Shown here piece after piece: positions 44,270 to 57,896 of a stretch of DNA of 64,000 nucleotides (positions are counted from its first letter, which is position 1; every line of letters starts with the position of its first letter). Origin of the DNA: Amoeboaphelidium protococcarum X5 (lineage: Eukaryota > Fungi > Aphelidiomycota). The position numbers and the translations under genes were made by a program. The stretch lies in assembly GCA_023515725.1 (NCBI GenBank), contig JALDTO010000215.1, forward strand, positions 459,053 to 523,052, written 5' to 3'. The notes below the pieces were generated by a model that was not told the DNA's origin, ran no database searches, and saw only the letters and a list, made by a program, of their open reading frames with translations.

Positions 44270-45997
44270 TCATCGCGCTGGGATCTCATTGTCCAACACA
44301 GCGCTTACTTCGTCCATAACAAGACTTGAAAGCCAGCACTTATTGATACTAAAAAGCGCATTCAGTAAAGTGGGGCTCTCTGAATAGTTGTTGTAACAGC
44401 CAACCGTAATTTCTCCGGTCGCTTGATCTTCAAACCGTTTAATGTACGGTGCACCATCATTGTCCTTCGCTGTTCCTGATTTCCTTATTTGTTGGGGAAA
44501 ATACAGTAATCTAATAAAGCTGGAAAAGCAAGTATCGAATTCCATATAATGTACTCACACATCAACCTACTCTAATAGATCTCTCATCAATCTTTACTTG
44601 GCGTTGTCTTTTGCATCAGAAGCCAGTACAAAGTCACCATTCATCAAGATGACATCAACTTTATCAACAAATTGTTGTACGCGACTTTTCTACAGATTGC
44701 GTTACACATGCAGTTAACGTTCTATAATAGTATAATCAAATGGATTAGGATGTAGATTAAGTCTCTGCAAGCCGTGCTCAATTTTATCGTCAGCATCATT
44801 AAGAGAAAACTCGGCACTTCCACCAGGGACGCCCCACGACGAGGAGTCGGTAGAAGGCCAAGTGCCAATAGACATCATTTTGGCCAGAGGACTCTGACCA
44901 GAAACGGAACTATCAATTGAATGACCAAACAAATTTCTATCTCTATCTTCATCATCAGCAGCAGCAGCATTAGAATGGTACACATCCAAAATAGGGTCAC
45001 TCAAATAATGCGTCTATAAAAGCTATTAAACTTCATACGCTTACACGCTATTATACGCAAACACATAGTCATTTCCAATAATATCATCATCTTCTATCTC
45101 CGAGCGGACAGCTTTGACCAAATAACTCAATAAACACGCGTCAGTGGCTACCATACCATTAAATAAATCACCGCATCCATGCAATATAGAATTCTGAAAA
45201 GTTCTTGGTAGCACAGAGTCAAAAGAGCTTTCCAATTCCTATTAAGGAGTCGCCAGTTCAGTAAATAGTGCTAATTAATTTTTGTGATAGGCATCAATTT
45301 CCATTCTCATACTTTAAACGATCAAACTAGCGCACAGTGCAAACTCTCCGTTGGCCTAGCTCTGCACTGACTGGTAACAACCAAAAACGGCAGTGGACTC
45401 GTGAAACATGGCATCAATAAGATCCTTGTCCCATGATAGCTATTCATTCTGACTCTTTCGAATCTATTTACCAATGCTTCCTGCTAACAAAGTAATTATG
45501 TATGCAAAGTCTTCAATCGTAATCTCAGCGAAGTTGGTCAAAAGCTTTCGCATCAAACGCGCATCATTGTCTTGCAACAGCTCGACCATATCATGATATA
45601 TCTGATACATATCAGTAAATTGACCGGGCTCAACACTTTCATCATCATTTGCAGCCATTACCTATCTGGATAGACGAAAGAGATCAACCAAGGCATTAGG
45701 AACCCACAGCACGCGAGTTAAACGCGAATGTTCAATCTCCCTCATTCGCCCGTAGACTTAAACATTGTAAACAGAATGAGCATACTTCCCATAAGGAAAC
45801 ACGCCATTAGAATCCAAATCTTCATAAACATGCTCCAACTAATCATACGCCTATTTAGCAGCAGATCTCTTAAAAGGAGCCATGAACATTTGCTTTGACG
45901 GAACAAAGTATGCTCTAACAGGTATAAAGGCAGCATGGACAGTAAAACAGGTATTCAAACACAATATAATGTAGAGTCCAATTCTCAAAATCATCAT
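44270..45997 (-). CDS. Predicted secreted protein of unknown family (~575 aa)
   Basis: Five same-frame track ORFs joined by TAR; signal-peptide-like MMILRIGLYIILCLNTCFTVHA. Confidence 0.72.
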
Positions 45998-46419
45998 TTT
46001 TGGGTAGTATTGAGAGCGACAATATTCTAGATCGGTAATAAGATTGAATAGCGTCATCGCCTTGTGTAAACACACCGACTAATTTTAACTTCCCGAATTG
46101 TGGTAACTTTCGCACTCCTTGATCCCTTGATTCGTTGATTTGGTGTCCATCTCTAACGCATCAAGGCGATGACTATCATAGTTCCCTTGATTCGCGTCTT
46201 TTGATCGCTGTTTATGCCAAGCATCAGCAGAATCCGCCCCCTTTCGATCTATTTTGTGTCGCTCAGAGCGTTAATGCCGCAAAATTTAATCGACCGTGTT
46301 TCAGCTTTGAGTCGTTTTCCGTTTCTTTTCTTATTTCTTTCCTGTCAGTTTAGATTTTGTGGATTAATATCATTGTAATTGTATTTTACTCAAGATTTGC
46401 TTCTTAGCTATTTACTGGG

Positions 46420-47217
46420 ATGAATAAAGTGCGACTTGCAGTCATGGGACCTGAAGGATCGGGAAAGTCTAGTGTTATCAAGTGGCTATGCACCGTCAAG
46501 AATGGGTTTGAAGTTGAGACTGAGCTGGCTAATTAATTCTCCTGGAGTGGCGAGATTGAAGTTTTATCACATATGTCATCTGTGGATGGCAGAGAGTATC
46601 TTATTGAGCTGATAGAAGTTCCCAGTGTTGATGTCTGTAAATCAAAGCTTACTCCGCGCACTTGGATGTAATAGGTGGACGGTTATATTTTTGTGGTTAA
46701 TTTAATGTAGAGCAATGTCAACTCTTAGCTTTGGCGGTTGCATGATTGTGTGTAAGAAATGGACCAAGGAAATTAGGCGCCAACTTTGACAGTCAATGAT
46801 AATCAATACTTGTAATAACAGCAGATAAACTCTAATAGAAGAGAATAACATCAAGGTTAGAAGAGGCTTCCCAAATCTTTATCCTAGCAGTCGGTAACGC
46901 TACGCCACACGCCGTCGTTCAGTAATAATGCCAATGAAGTTAAATTGAACTTGACTTCAGACACTCATACCAAGCAATTTAATCTAATGGTTGTGGCTAC
47001 ACATGAAGATTTGCAAGTTGGACGTTATGGTGCAACTCAGATGCTACCATTGGATTTTGTGGAGTCTGTGGGCGCGGAATTTACGGGTTTATCAACCTTA
47101 ACTGCTGATGGAAGTACACTGATGGTTGGTCAATCAAATAACACATCACCTCTGCAGGCATTTGATCAATTCCTTGACAAGGTTACTAATAGTAAGAATA
47201 GTGCTAATAGATTTTAA
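46420..47217 (+). CDS. Atypical small GTPase-like protein (RabL3-like); 3' end uncertain
   Basis: VRLAVMGPEGSGKSS P-loop, YLIELIEV, VDGYIFVVNL. The first in-frame TGA is not reached until 47764. Confidence 0.6.
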
Positions 47218-47232
47218 TTATAATAAACAGAT

Positions 47233-48204
47233 TCAACTAGTGTAATCATAAAATCCTTTTCCAGACTTTTTGCCAAACCACCCAGCGTCAACATAAGATG
47301 CCAGCAATGGACATGGTCGATACTTGGTATCTCCGAGCTGAGAGTGGAGAACCTTCATTATCGCCAGGCAAGTATCAAGACCGATAAAATCTGCCAAAGT
47401 CAGTGGTCCCATCGGCATATTAGTACCCAGCTTCATTGTGGTGTCAATGTCTTCGCGAGATGCTATGCCCTCCTAGTAGGCATATACAGCCTCATTGATG
47501 TATGGCATCAACAATCTATTGGCAATAAATCCAGGTATATCACGGCTAATAGTGGTGACTTTGCCCATCTTCTACGCCAATTTCAAAGTCTAGTCCAAAG
47601 TATACGTGGATGTCTACAGACCAGGTATGATCTCAACTAACTTCATCACGGGCACAGGATTCATGAAATGCATTCCAATTACACGAGAGCTGGCATCATC
47701 CTCAGGTTTTATCACCCCACCACCATACTTTTATGCTGCTGCAATTTTAGTTATGCTAATCGATGATGTATTACTGGCGAGAATGGTATTCTTCGGCATC
47801 TCCTTCATAAGCTACTGGAAAATCTTCACCTTTAGATCAATCGATTCTGAGACGGCTTCAATAACAAAGTCCACCTTAGGGTCATCAGCCAGCGACTGGC
47901 CAGATTTTGTACACTGAATCAAGGAGCGAGTCATATCAACATCCTACTATGTAATCTTGTTCTTGGACAAGTCCTTCTGTAGGAGCGAGTTGATAAACTT
48001 CATCTGCTTATCCAGCTATGCCTGCGATGCGTCATGAAGTAGAACAGGCAGTTGAGCATGAAGGGCGGCAACGTATGCAATACCAGTTCCCATTTGACCA
48101 GCACCAACGATACCAACTTTATGAATGTTCAGCGGCTTGTTTTACATGGACGGAGACACAACTCTTGAAGTGCTCCTGAATTACCGAAACATTCTCAGGG
48201 CCAT
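47233..48204 (-). CDS. 3-hydroxybutyryl/3-hydroxyacyl-CoA dehydrogenase with mitochondrial presequence
   Basis: [64 protein letters not shown]. Confidence 0.93.
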
Positions 48205-48598
48205 TATTAATCGCTTTCAGTGGACTACCAAGTATCTTTGCTAAAAAGGATGAAAGTATGAAGTAAATGAATTCCGCGCGAGAAACAAAAGCTTAACAGG
48301 GAGAATGAAACAATTTGTGCCTCTGCAAAACGATCTTTGCTGAGGCGTTCCCCTTGTCTGTTCTTCAGCAGTACAGTAGAAAAGACGCGTAAGGACGAGA
48401 TCGCTAAACCGCAACCGAAGGATGAGCGCGCAGCTAAATCCACTGTTACGCGTCGCTCCCTGCGCCTTTGATCGCGCGTTGAATATATTTTCGCGCTTTT
48501 CTCTCGTCTGTTGTTGAATTCTCTCTTTCTTACTCAGATTTATCAATAGTGATCAAGCGTTTATAAAAGCACTTTTTATACTAAAAAGAAATTAGAAA

Positions 48599-49111
48599 AT
48601 GTTGTTGTACAAGGATTTTTTGACTGGTGATGAAATGTTCTCTGACGCCTTCCCAATTAAGGAGGTTGGAAAGATTGCGTACGAGGTTGACTGTAAGATG
48701 GTACAAATCCGCCAGGGTGTCGACGTGGACATTGGTGCCAATGCTTCTGCTGAGGGTGGTGATGAGGATGAGGGTGTGGAAGAAGGTACGGAGACTGTGA
48801 ACAATGTGGTCTACTCTTTCCGTATGCAGTCCACCAGTTTTGACAAGAAGTCCTACATGACCTACATCAAGGGATACATGAAGGCTCTGAAGGCTCACCT
48901 CACCGAGAAGAATGCTGAGCGCGTGCCAGACTTTGAGAAGGAGGTGCAGCCTTTTGTCAAGAAGATCTTGGAGAACTTTAAGGATTATGAATTCTACGTT
49001 GGTGAGTCTATGAATCCTGAAGGTATGGTTGCTCTGCTCAATTACCGCGAGGATGGTATCACTCCATATCTGACCTTCTTCAGAGATGGTTTGACTGAGG
49101 AGAAGCTGTGA
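48599..49111 (+). CDS. TCTP: Translationally controlled tumour protein
   Basis: MLLYKD..GDEMFSD, IGANASAEG, FYVGESMNPEGMVALLNYREDG.TPY; ends in TGA. Confidence 0.97.
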   Translation: MLLYKDFLTGDEMFSDAFPIKEVGKIAYEVDCKMVQIRQGVDVDIGANASAEGGDEDEGVEEGTETVNNVVYSFRMQSTSFDKKSYMTYIKGYMKALKAHLTEKNAERVPDFEKEVQPFVKKILENFKDYEFYVGESMNPEGMVALLNYREDGITPYLTFFRDGLTEEKL

Positions 49112-49423
49112 TTTGCAGTTGACTAAAAGCGGCACTTATCAATTGCTCATGAAATTAATAAACAATATTATGAACTAAAACATGTATTAACATGCTTATT
49201 TTCGCAATGTATTTGTACGACATTTACGTGAACAGAAAAAACGCATTCTTTCAATTATTTAGTTGAGCTTATAGATTTCAATTCCACTAACAGTCCAGCT
49301 GCCCTTTCAAAGAGATGAAATTGATTATAATGATATAAGACTAAAAATCATTTAATGATCACAACTCATAAGCACAAATTATGGTTCTTAATTGCAAATA
49401 CTAAGATATAGTCACGCATATAA

Positions 49424-50842
49424 TCAGATTGCTTTAGGTGGACAACATTCAGACTGAGGCAGACAATCGCTACTAGTACACTTCAACAGGCATGAGGTCT
49501 CAGTGGGATTCTCTTCAGTGTTACTAGCATAACCATTTGATGATGACGATGTACCTGATTGCAATCTCTACTTTTAATGACCACCTATTATGCCCTGCTG
49601 TCCGGCGATCATGAATTCCGGCTATACTGTCGCAATATGAATTCCATAAGAATGAAGCAGATCCTTAATCTATACAGCCAGCTGCATAAAACCAGTCTCA
49701 CTCACCGATGCGTCAACATTCACATGCACCGTAGACACCCATTTGGTATCACTCAACTACCACACATGCAATTCATGCACGTCCACAACACCGTCAATCT
49801 ACCTCAACGCGTCCCGTATCTCTGGCACTTTACCTCTGAGTTGTGTTGGCAGTCCTTGTAACAGAATATACCCGGCATTCTTAATCAATGGAATGGTGGT
49901 GTACAAAATGATAAGAGTAATCACTATGGATAGCAGCGGATCTACAATAGTCTTCAATGGCGATCCTTCCGGTGAGTAAATGATGGCCAAAGCACTGATT
50001 ATGACAGCAATAGAAGCCAGAGCATCACCCAGCACATGCAAGAATACACCGTGCATATTCAAGTGTCCACCAGCAGAATGGCCATGATCATGACCATGAT
50101 GATCAGACTTTTGCTTCTACTATTCAGCACCAATCTTATTAACAAGTTCAGTACCGGATTGAGGTGATCCATCCGCATCAATATCGATTTCAACCTCATA
50201 ATCCTAATTCTATTACATCTGCTTCCTATACTCTTTCAGCCTGTCATTGATTGCAATTTCCGGAAGATCACCGACAGAATCAAATGGCTCCACAGGAGAA
50301 GTCTCAATCTCTTAATTATCCTAATTAGCGGCAAACTATAAAGTATTTTCCTTTTTATTATTAGCACCATTGCTATGACTATGACTATGTGAATGACCAT
50401 GAGAGTGAGAGTGAGAATGTTCGTGAAATAGTACCAAGCCGAGCAAATTAACAACAAGACCAGCACTGCCGACATACAGCACATACCACGGCTGATCCAC
50501 CTCTGGTCTCTCTATAAATCGCTGAATAGATTCTATAATGATAGTGAAGCACAGGGCAAGTAGAAATACTCCATTAACCAGAGCACCAAGTATTTCGGCG
50601 CGCTAGTAACCAAAGGTGAGATGTGGATGATCACTTCTGTTCAAGGCAGCCAGGCGAATAGCGTACAACGCAACGATTAGACTTAAAACATCAGATAGCA
50701 TGTGAAATGCATCAGCCACCAGAGCAATAGATCCAACAGCATAACCAGCAATCAACTCAATGAAGAAGAATATAGTGCACAGACACAGCATCACATACAA
50801 CCTGACATTCCTCGACCACTTCCACGGCTTCAAAGACAACAT
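49424..50842 (-). CDS. CDF zinc transporter (Zrc1/Cot1/ZnT1 type)
   Basis: SIALVADAFHMLSD, TFGYQRAEILGALVNG, His-rich loop, LNMHGVFLHVLGDAL, HELHVWQLS, TVQPE, Cys-rich tail. Confidence 0.93.
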
Positions 50843-51239
50843 TTATACTTTTATTAATTCTTGTAAATGTTATGAACACGGTAATAATGTACTTATTTCA
50901 AAGCCACAACAAGATAAAAAGCTAATAAGCAATGATAACTACTTTATCAAAGATGAGTTTGAGAAATACCAAAAAGGTGATGTTGATGTTGATGCCGGGC
51001 CGTGTGTTGAGGGGAAACAACGAGCGGCGCAATTTCAAATCGGCGAATCGCGTCATTTCATCGAAAGCAAAGCCATTTTATCAGGATTGATAAATTAGAC
51101 CTGGCCGCTATAGCTTTTCGAGTTGTAATAGTTGTTGTGTAATTAAAAAGAAAATGTTGTTTGTCGATTAAAACTAATGTATTAAGTGAAATAATTGTTT
51201 CATTTAGTCTAATCACGAATCACGTCGAGGTTGAGTAAG

Positions 51240-54115
51240 GATGACCCACTAAATACGTGTGTATATGTGTAGAGTTTGAAGCTTAACTGCTTTACGCGCT
51301 TTTACTGTAATACATGAGAATTTTTGCTCTTAAATAGGTGGACAAAGTGCTAAGCTATTAAGCATACCTATAAAGTTCAAGAGTTGTTGTTAACATTGAA
51401 TTTAAATACGCAAGATATTGAAGGGGTGACCATATGCTAGTTTTGCCTAATTATTGCCGAGTTCCTTGACATATAGCTCACATTGTTTGCGCAGGATAAT
51501 GCAGTGCTGGATAATGTTGACTCGAGACTTTTAAATATACAATGCTTGCTGTTGAGTAAGCTGTTGATGTCGGTTTGCTTCTCACTTTCTAAGTGTCTGT
51601 TCCTTAAAACGTTGGTGTGTTACTGGTTTGAGATGTAATACTTTTAGTACTGCTTCCGAAAGTGCCTGGCTTAGACTACACCAGAACGTACTGGGTTCTA
51701 TAAAGATTTAGGCGTGAAATCTATGGCTATTTAAGCATTATTGGTGGTTGGTGTGCGAGTCGAGGTTATCAGCATGTGCTTTAAATTGTTTAGCTTCGTA
51801 AAGACCCGCTAATGAAAGGGATCAGCATGTGTCAAAGGAGGGCATAAGACGGTCTTCTCCGAGAATGACTAGGATGAGAATCTTGTATCCTCGTGGACCT
51901 TTACACCTTCAAAGCACGTTGACAAGTATGGATATTCTTATCTCCTTATGGCTACTTTAGAGAATTGATGCCTATGTATGCTAAACTCATGGCACCTATT
52001 GAAAAGCTGCGCCATGAGGACACCATACAGATGAGTGATAATTTGTATATTGATGTGCCCCTCTCTTATCTCTCTGTTTGTCTGCCTCTTCCTGAACTAA
52101 ATGTTAACGCGTATTAGATTCGACTACCTATACTAAGTTGTAGGCTAATGGCTGTTTAGCACATGCTGTGAACTTGTTGATCAAAGATATCTGTTCTGTT
52201 CAGATTAACGAGTTATGTTTGAAGAAAGCTGTTATGGTTGTGTGATTACATTAAGTCGCGTTACAAAGTGAACAATCGCTCCAAGGATTTAATACCTTAG
52301 TTCAATGTTACCCATAATTTGGTCTACCAACCTGGGTCGTATCTATTCAGACTTATGTGACACTTTAATGGTGGATTGATGCGTAGAGTTAAGTGCCAGA
52401 AGATCATGTTATCGTCCCAATTATTATAAATTCCGATGCGACTCAGTAAATTAAATCAGGGCGCGTTAAATCTCATCCGGTGTACCTAACTATAGGCAAT
52501 TTGCCTAGGGAGATTAGAGCATCTGCTGGGGATGAAGCTTCTCGTTATTCTGCCAGTTGTAGAATCTTCTGATTTTTAGAATCCAGACGACTATCGCTAG
52601 ATGAAACGTGTCCTTTATCAATATTCGATGTCGATCTTTCTTTAGGAATTGATATCCTTGTATTCTAATGGACTGTAAGTTGTTGGCGCACTTGGCAGAG
52701 CTCTGATTTTGCGGCCTTTGCTTGCGATGTATTTCGGAGATTATGAAAAAATTGCGTAGCGAGTTTGTCTGTTGAAGGCTGGAAAGGCATGTCGTACTCC
52801 AAGCACTGATTTTTATAACTACTATGAACATAGCCAGACTAGATAATGGAGCGCTGTAGATCATTAGTAGTACTCAGATATACATCATGACTGCCGGAAG
52901 CTCTTCACTTAAGTAATGTTGATATATACTAATGCATACCACCGGATGAATTACATGGTATTTGTTTAAGGTGTATTTGTGCATCTTTTTAATGGGTTTA
53001 GATAATGGCTATTAGATACTTTTAAATTATCATCAAGAGATGAGATTATGCAGTAGATTAATCAAGCATTCGCTGATTTGAGCGCAACGGACATGAATCT
53101 CGTTTTTAGAAATGGGTATATTTAAATTACAGTATACAACTGCTAGAGAGAATCTTCTGTTAATGAGAGAGTTACCTATTGTACTTAAAATGATTATGCC
53201 TTTGTTTGTAAAGCAATCTGATAAATGGCTGCCTCATGTTGATCCGTTCATCCTCTTGGCCAAATGGGTCACAATGGTATCTAGCAGAACCTCATCCGAT
53301 TAATATCTTATTGCAAGTTAGAATGTGCTGAAGAAGTGTTCTTAGAGCTCCTTGGTGTACTTTGAAATGCGACAGATTTACAAGATACATAGCCTATTGC
53401 ATTACGCGCACTTTATTAGAAAGTATGGTTGTACACAAAGAATGAGCACTCAATCATTCGAACATGCCCATATTCGAATTATTAAAGATCCTGAGTCAAC
53501 GACTAATCATTGTGATTAATTCAAGCAAATATTGCAGAGGCTTATTAGATTATTAAAGTTGGAGACTATTGAGGGGGATATGAGTACCAGAGCCATTGCT
53601 CGAGGTAATGATGAATGTACCTACGTTAGATTATTCTCTAAGGGCGGGGAAGATTAGTTGAGATAAATCAACATATTGTCTGGCATTGAAGGATTGCTTG
53701 AGATAATAACATAGAGCGTTTGAGTATCTGAGTAGACTTTGGATGGTAAAGTTCAGATCTTTAGGACTGTGGAGAGGCATTTTACGGTGCCAGGAGATGA
53801 CGCGTAAAGGAAGGAATACATCAGGTATAGTAGTTCATTCTATGGGGACAGTGTAAATTATTTTGTGGCGCTGTATAAATCATATGATTCTGAAGATCTG
53901 GAACTTGGCAAATTTCTACTAGCAGTCAAGTTGTATAATGACGTGGATTTTATGATTTCTTAAAAGCTCATATAAAGCAATTCCCCGCAAGGACTATCAA
54001 TACCGTTCTATAAGTTATCAGATACTATATGTGTCAGATCGTCCTCTCTGCTTTTGAAGAAAATGCAGGTATGAAAGGTTGAAGACCTAGTACGTTGTAA
54101 ATCCATTCAGTGATT
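51240..54115 (+). mobile_element. Degenerate Plavaka-type (CACTA/EnSpm-related) transposase pseudogene; boundaries approximate
   Basis: VPIIINSDATQ..SHPVYLTIGNLPREIR (~52410-52520), IPPDELHG (~52935), KIHSLLHYAHFIRKYG..STQSFEHAHIRIIKDP..TNH..FKQIL (~53380-53540). Frameshifts and in-frame TGA (e.g. ~53721). Confidence 0.78.
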
Positions 54116-54399
54116 AGCTGTCATTCTGTTACTTCGCATTTGATCCGTAATTCGTAAATCGCTATTTTACGTTCTTAGAGCTATCTGGTGATATAATTGC
54201 TTCAGATATTTTATATAGATATTTATTTATTTCGTACATATTGAACACAACTAATAAAAATTTGAATATAATATGTATATTTAAAACCATTCATGAATAT
54301 GTATAGATTGAAGTTTTCTGATGGACGGCAAAGTTAAAGATCAAGAATGTAGCGGATTTATTGACATCATTAAACTCCAGCGGGAAAGGCATGCTGCTA

Positions 54400-55212
54400 T
54401 CACCTTCCCCAACTAATTCGATCGAAGTATGCACGATGAACATTGTAAGCAACTACACGAGTTTCAACATCCTTCAACATTGCCTCCCACCTTCTCTGCT
54501 CCAAATAGAATGCAGGAATGAAAATCAATCGTTGAATGATGCGACTTGAGGAATCCAGAGACTAGAAAAAATCGCCTCTATCAACTGTGCAGAATGGATT
54601 ACCACGAACATCGACCACGCTAAAAATCTCAGTGAGCTTTTCAAGGATTAATGGGATTCTGTCTTTTGTCTCTTCATCAATTCCATGAATCCGATTGTTA
54701 CTTAAAAGCAACACACACTCTTCACCGATTAACGCCTTATGCACCAAATGTTAAGCCAATAATAGTACAAGCTCCATCTCCTTTGAAGTGATAAAATTAT
54801 CGGAAAGATCGACGCAAGAGAATTTACCAACCTTCGCTGGCAAATAGTCGTCAAAGTTGACCACGAAAGCCTCCAGACTAGGTTGGACGTACAAATCACC
54901 TCCCAGGGATCCACGAGCCAAAACCTGCAATTCTGAAACGACTGGTTGAGAATGTCTCTTCGTAACATGGTTCTCTCTGGCATCCAAGTAGGGGCGCACT
55001 ACAGTTTCCAAGAAAACGCGCATGAGGACTCTATGAGGAATATTCGGGATGTCTTGTGGTAGCATTTCCAACACTTTCTCATTTAACAAATCTGACAATT
55101 CAAGTTTCTTCAAATAGGTATCCAGCTCTTCAAATTTCTTCTGTCCCACTTCATCCTTGCACAATTTATAAACCAGACCTTGTTGCGGGCGTTCACTTTC
55201 ACTCTTTTCCAT
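54400..55212 (-). CDS. Hypothetical protein with LRR-like motifs
   Basis: Track ORFs 54751 and 54562 joined by TAR; VDLSDNFI, LLLSNNRI, VDVRGNPF. TGA 54400-54402. Confidence 0.7.
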
Positions 55213-55754
55213 ATTATTTATTGTGGAAAATGTAAATATTGGGTGGGCTTAAATCGGAGAAGTGGCAATAGACCCGATCCTGGTTGAGTCAAGTGAGCTG
55301 CCTGAGAATACAGACAATTGTTGTTGAAAATATGAGCCCGTTGATGGAACAATCTTTCGGGTTGATCGTAAATGGCTTTATCGACAGCGATCAGTTCGCG
55401 TTGATCTGTTGATCAATGGCGATCATAATCTGAGCGACATTCTGTATGATTATCGGAATTTAAACAGATCTTTGATAGAATTTGTCATGTATCACGCGTC
55501 ATGTGAATGTACTGACTTCTAATACAGTTCGCAAAGGACTTCCATTACATTGTAGAATCTCTAAAAGGCAATAGTGGCAATGATGTACAAAGATGATAGT
55601 CACTTCACCTCACATTATTCTTGAAGTACAAAGGCATCACTCAAAAGAATATATATAAAAGAAGATAATCAACAAAAGATCAAGTATAAAGTATTTTATT
55701 CAATTCAGTAATTTCCATGACTCCAATTATTTCAAGTGCATTATTTCAATGTAA

Positions 55755-57896
55755 TCAGTCAATCTCCTCCATGGTGCTCTCTTGAGCGGCAGCATCTGCA
55801 CTTTCAACAGATGGCACATCAACAGGCTCAGATTGCTCCTCCTCTTCATCATCACCAATACCCAGACCAAGGCTCAGAATACGGTGGATACGGCCAGCGA
55901 AAGAGCTAGGATCCTCCAAACTGAAGCCAGAGTTGAGCAGGGAAGTCTCAAACAGCAGGTACACCAGATCCTTGACAGACTTGTCATTCTTGTCAGCCTC
56001 AACCTTCTGCTTCAGAGCTTTGATGATTGAGTGCTGGCTGTTCAACTCCATAGTCTTCTTAGACTCCATGTAAGTGGACATCTAGCTATCCTTCAACACC
56101 TGACTCTTCATGATTCTGCTCATGTTGGCACTCCATCCAAACTGACCAGTGACCAACACACAAGGAGAGTCGACAATACGGTTACTGATCACAACCTTCT
56201 CAACCTTGCTACCCAGAATGTCCTTCACAGTCTTGCACAGATCCTCATACTGCTTCTTCTCTTCCTCGAACTGCTTCTTCTCCTCTTCATCTTCTGGCAA
56301 CTCCAGGCCTTCCTTGGTGACACTCACCAATTTGTGACCTTCATACTCCTTCAGCTACTGCACAGAGTACTCATCAATAGGATCAACCATGAACAACACC
56401 TCGAATCCCTTCTTCTTGAGACGTTCCAAGAATGGGGCATGCTCAACAGCCTGACGCGACTCTCCAGTGACAAAGTAGATGTCCTACTGCTTCTCAGGCA
56501 TGCGAGTAACGTACTCCTTCAAAGATACCATCTCCTCACCAGACTTGGTAGAGTAGTAACGCAGCAAATCAGCCAACTTGGCGCGGTTAGTAGAATCCTC
56601 ATGGATTCCAAGCTTGATGTTCTTGCTGAAGTTCTCATAAAACTTTTTAAAGTTCTCCTTGTCCTCAGCAATCTCGCTGAACATCTCCAACACCTTCTTG
56701 ACAATGTTCTTGCGGATCACCTTCAAGATCTTGTTCTACTGCAGCATCTCACGGGAAATGTTCAGTGGCAAGTCTTCACTGTCCACGACTCCTTTTACGA
56801 AGCTCATCCACTCAGGGATAAGGTCCTCGCAGTCGTCCATAATGAAGACGCGACGGACATACAGCTTGATGTTGTTGCGCTTCTTCTTCTGCTCAAACAT
56901 GTCGAATGGAGCACGCTTTGGAATGTACAGGATGGCACGGAACTCCAACTGACCTTCAACAGAGAAGTGCTTCACAGCCAAGTGATCCTCCCAGTCGTTG
57001 GACAGTGACTTGTAGAAGGCGGCGTACTCTTCATTAGTAATGTCATTAGGATTACGAGTCCAGATAGGCTTGGTCTTGTTCAGCTCTTCAGTATCTTTGG
57101 TGATCTCCTTGATCTTTTTAGTCTTCTTCTTGTCCTTATCGGAATCTTCCTCCTCATCTTTGACCTCTTCAATCTTTGGCTCATCACCCTCCTTGGTCTC
57201 TTCATCCTTCTTCTCCTCCTCTTCAGCAGCAGTAGCTTCTTCATCCTCAACCTCTCTCTCCACCTCCTTCTCAACCACCAACTGGATAGGATAACCAATA
57301 AATTCAGAGTGCTTCTTGACAATCTCCTTAATCTTCTTCTCCTCCAAGTACTCAGTCTGATCCTCCTTCATGTACAATCTAATCTCAGTACCGCGTCCAA
57401 TAGACTCATTGACGGTGTCCTGAGTGATAGTGAAAGATCCACCAGCAGCACTCTCCCAAATGTACTGCTCATCATCATTGTGCTTGGTAATCACCTGGAC
57501 CTTGTCAGCCACCAGATATGCAGAGTAGAAACCGACACCAAACTGACCAATCATACTAATGTCAGCACCAGCTTGCAGATGCTCCATAAAAGCCTTGGTA
57601 CCAGACTTGGCAATCGTACCCAAGTTGTTCACCAAGTCAGCCTTGGTCATACCAATACCAGAGTCACGGATGGCCAGGATCTTGTTCTCGCGGTCAGGGA
57701 TGATGCGAATGAACAGCTCCTTGCCAGAATCCAGCTTGGATGGGTCAGTCAGAGACTCGTAGCGAATCTTGTCCAACGCGTCACTAGCATTAGAGATCAA
57801 TTCACGCAAGAAGATCTCCTTGTTAGAGTAGAAAGTGTTGATGATCAGAGACATCAACTGACTAATCTCAGCCTAGAATGCAAAAGTTTCAGCCAT
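55755..57896 (-). CDS. HSP90: Cytosolic Hsp90
   Basis: [47 protein letters not shown]-terminal MEEID. In-frame TAGs fall on conserved Gln. Confidence 0.98.

Noticed and set aside
48581-49135. 184-aa minus-strand ORF
   Set aside because: Antisense shadow of TCTP.
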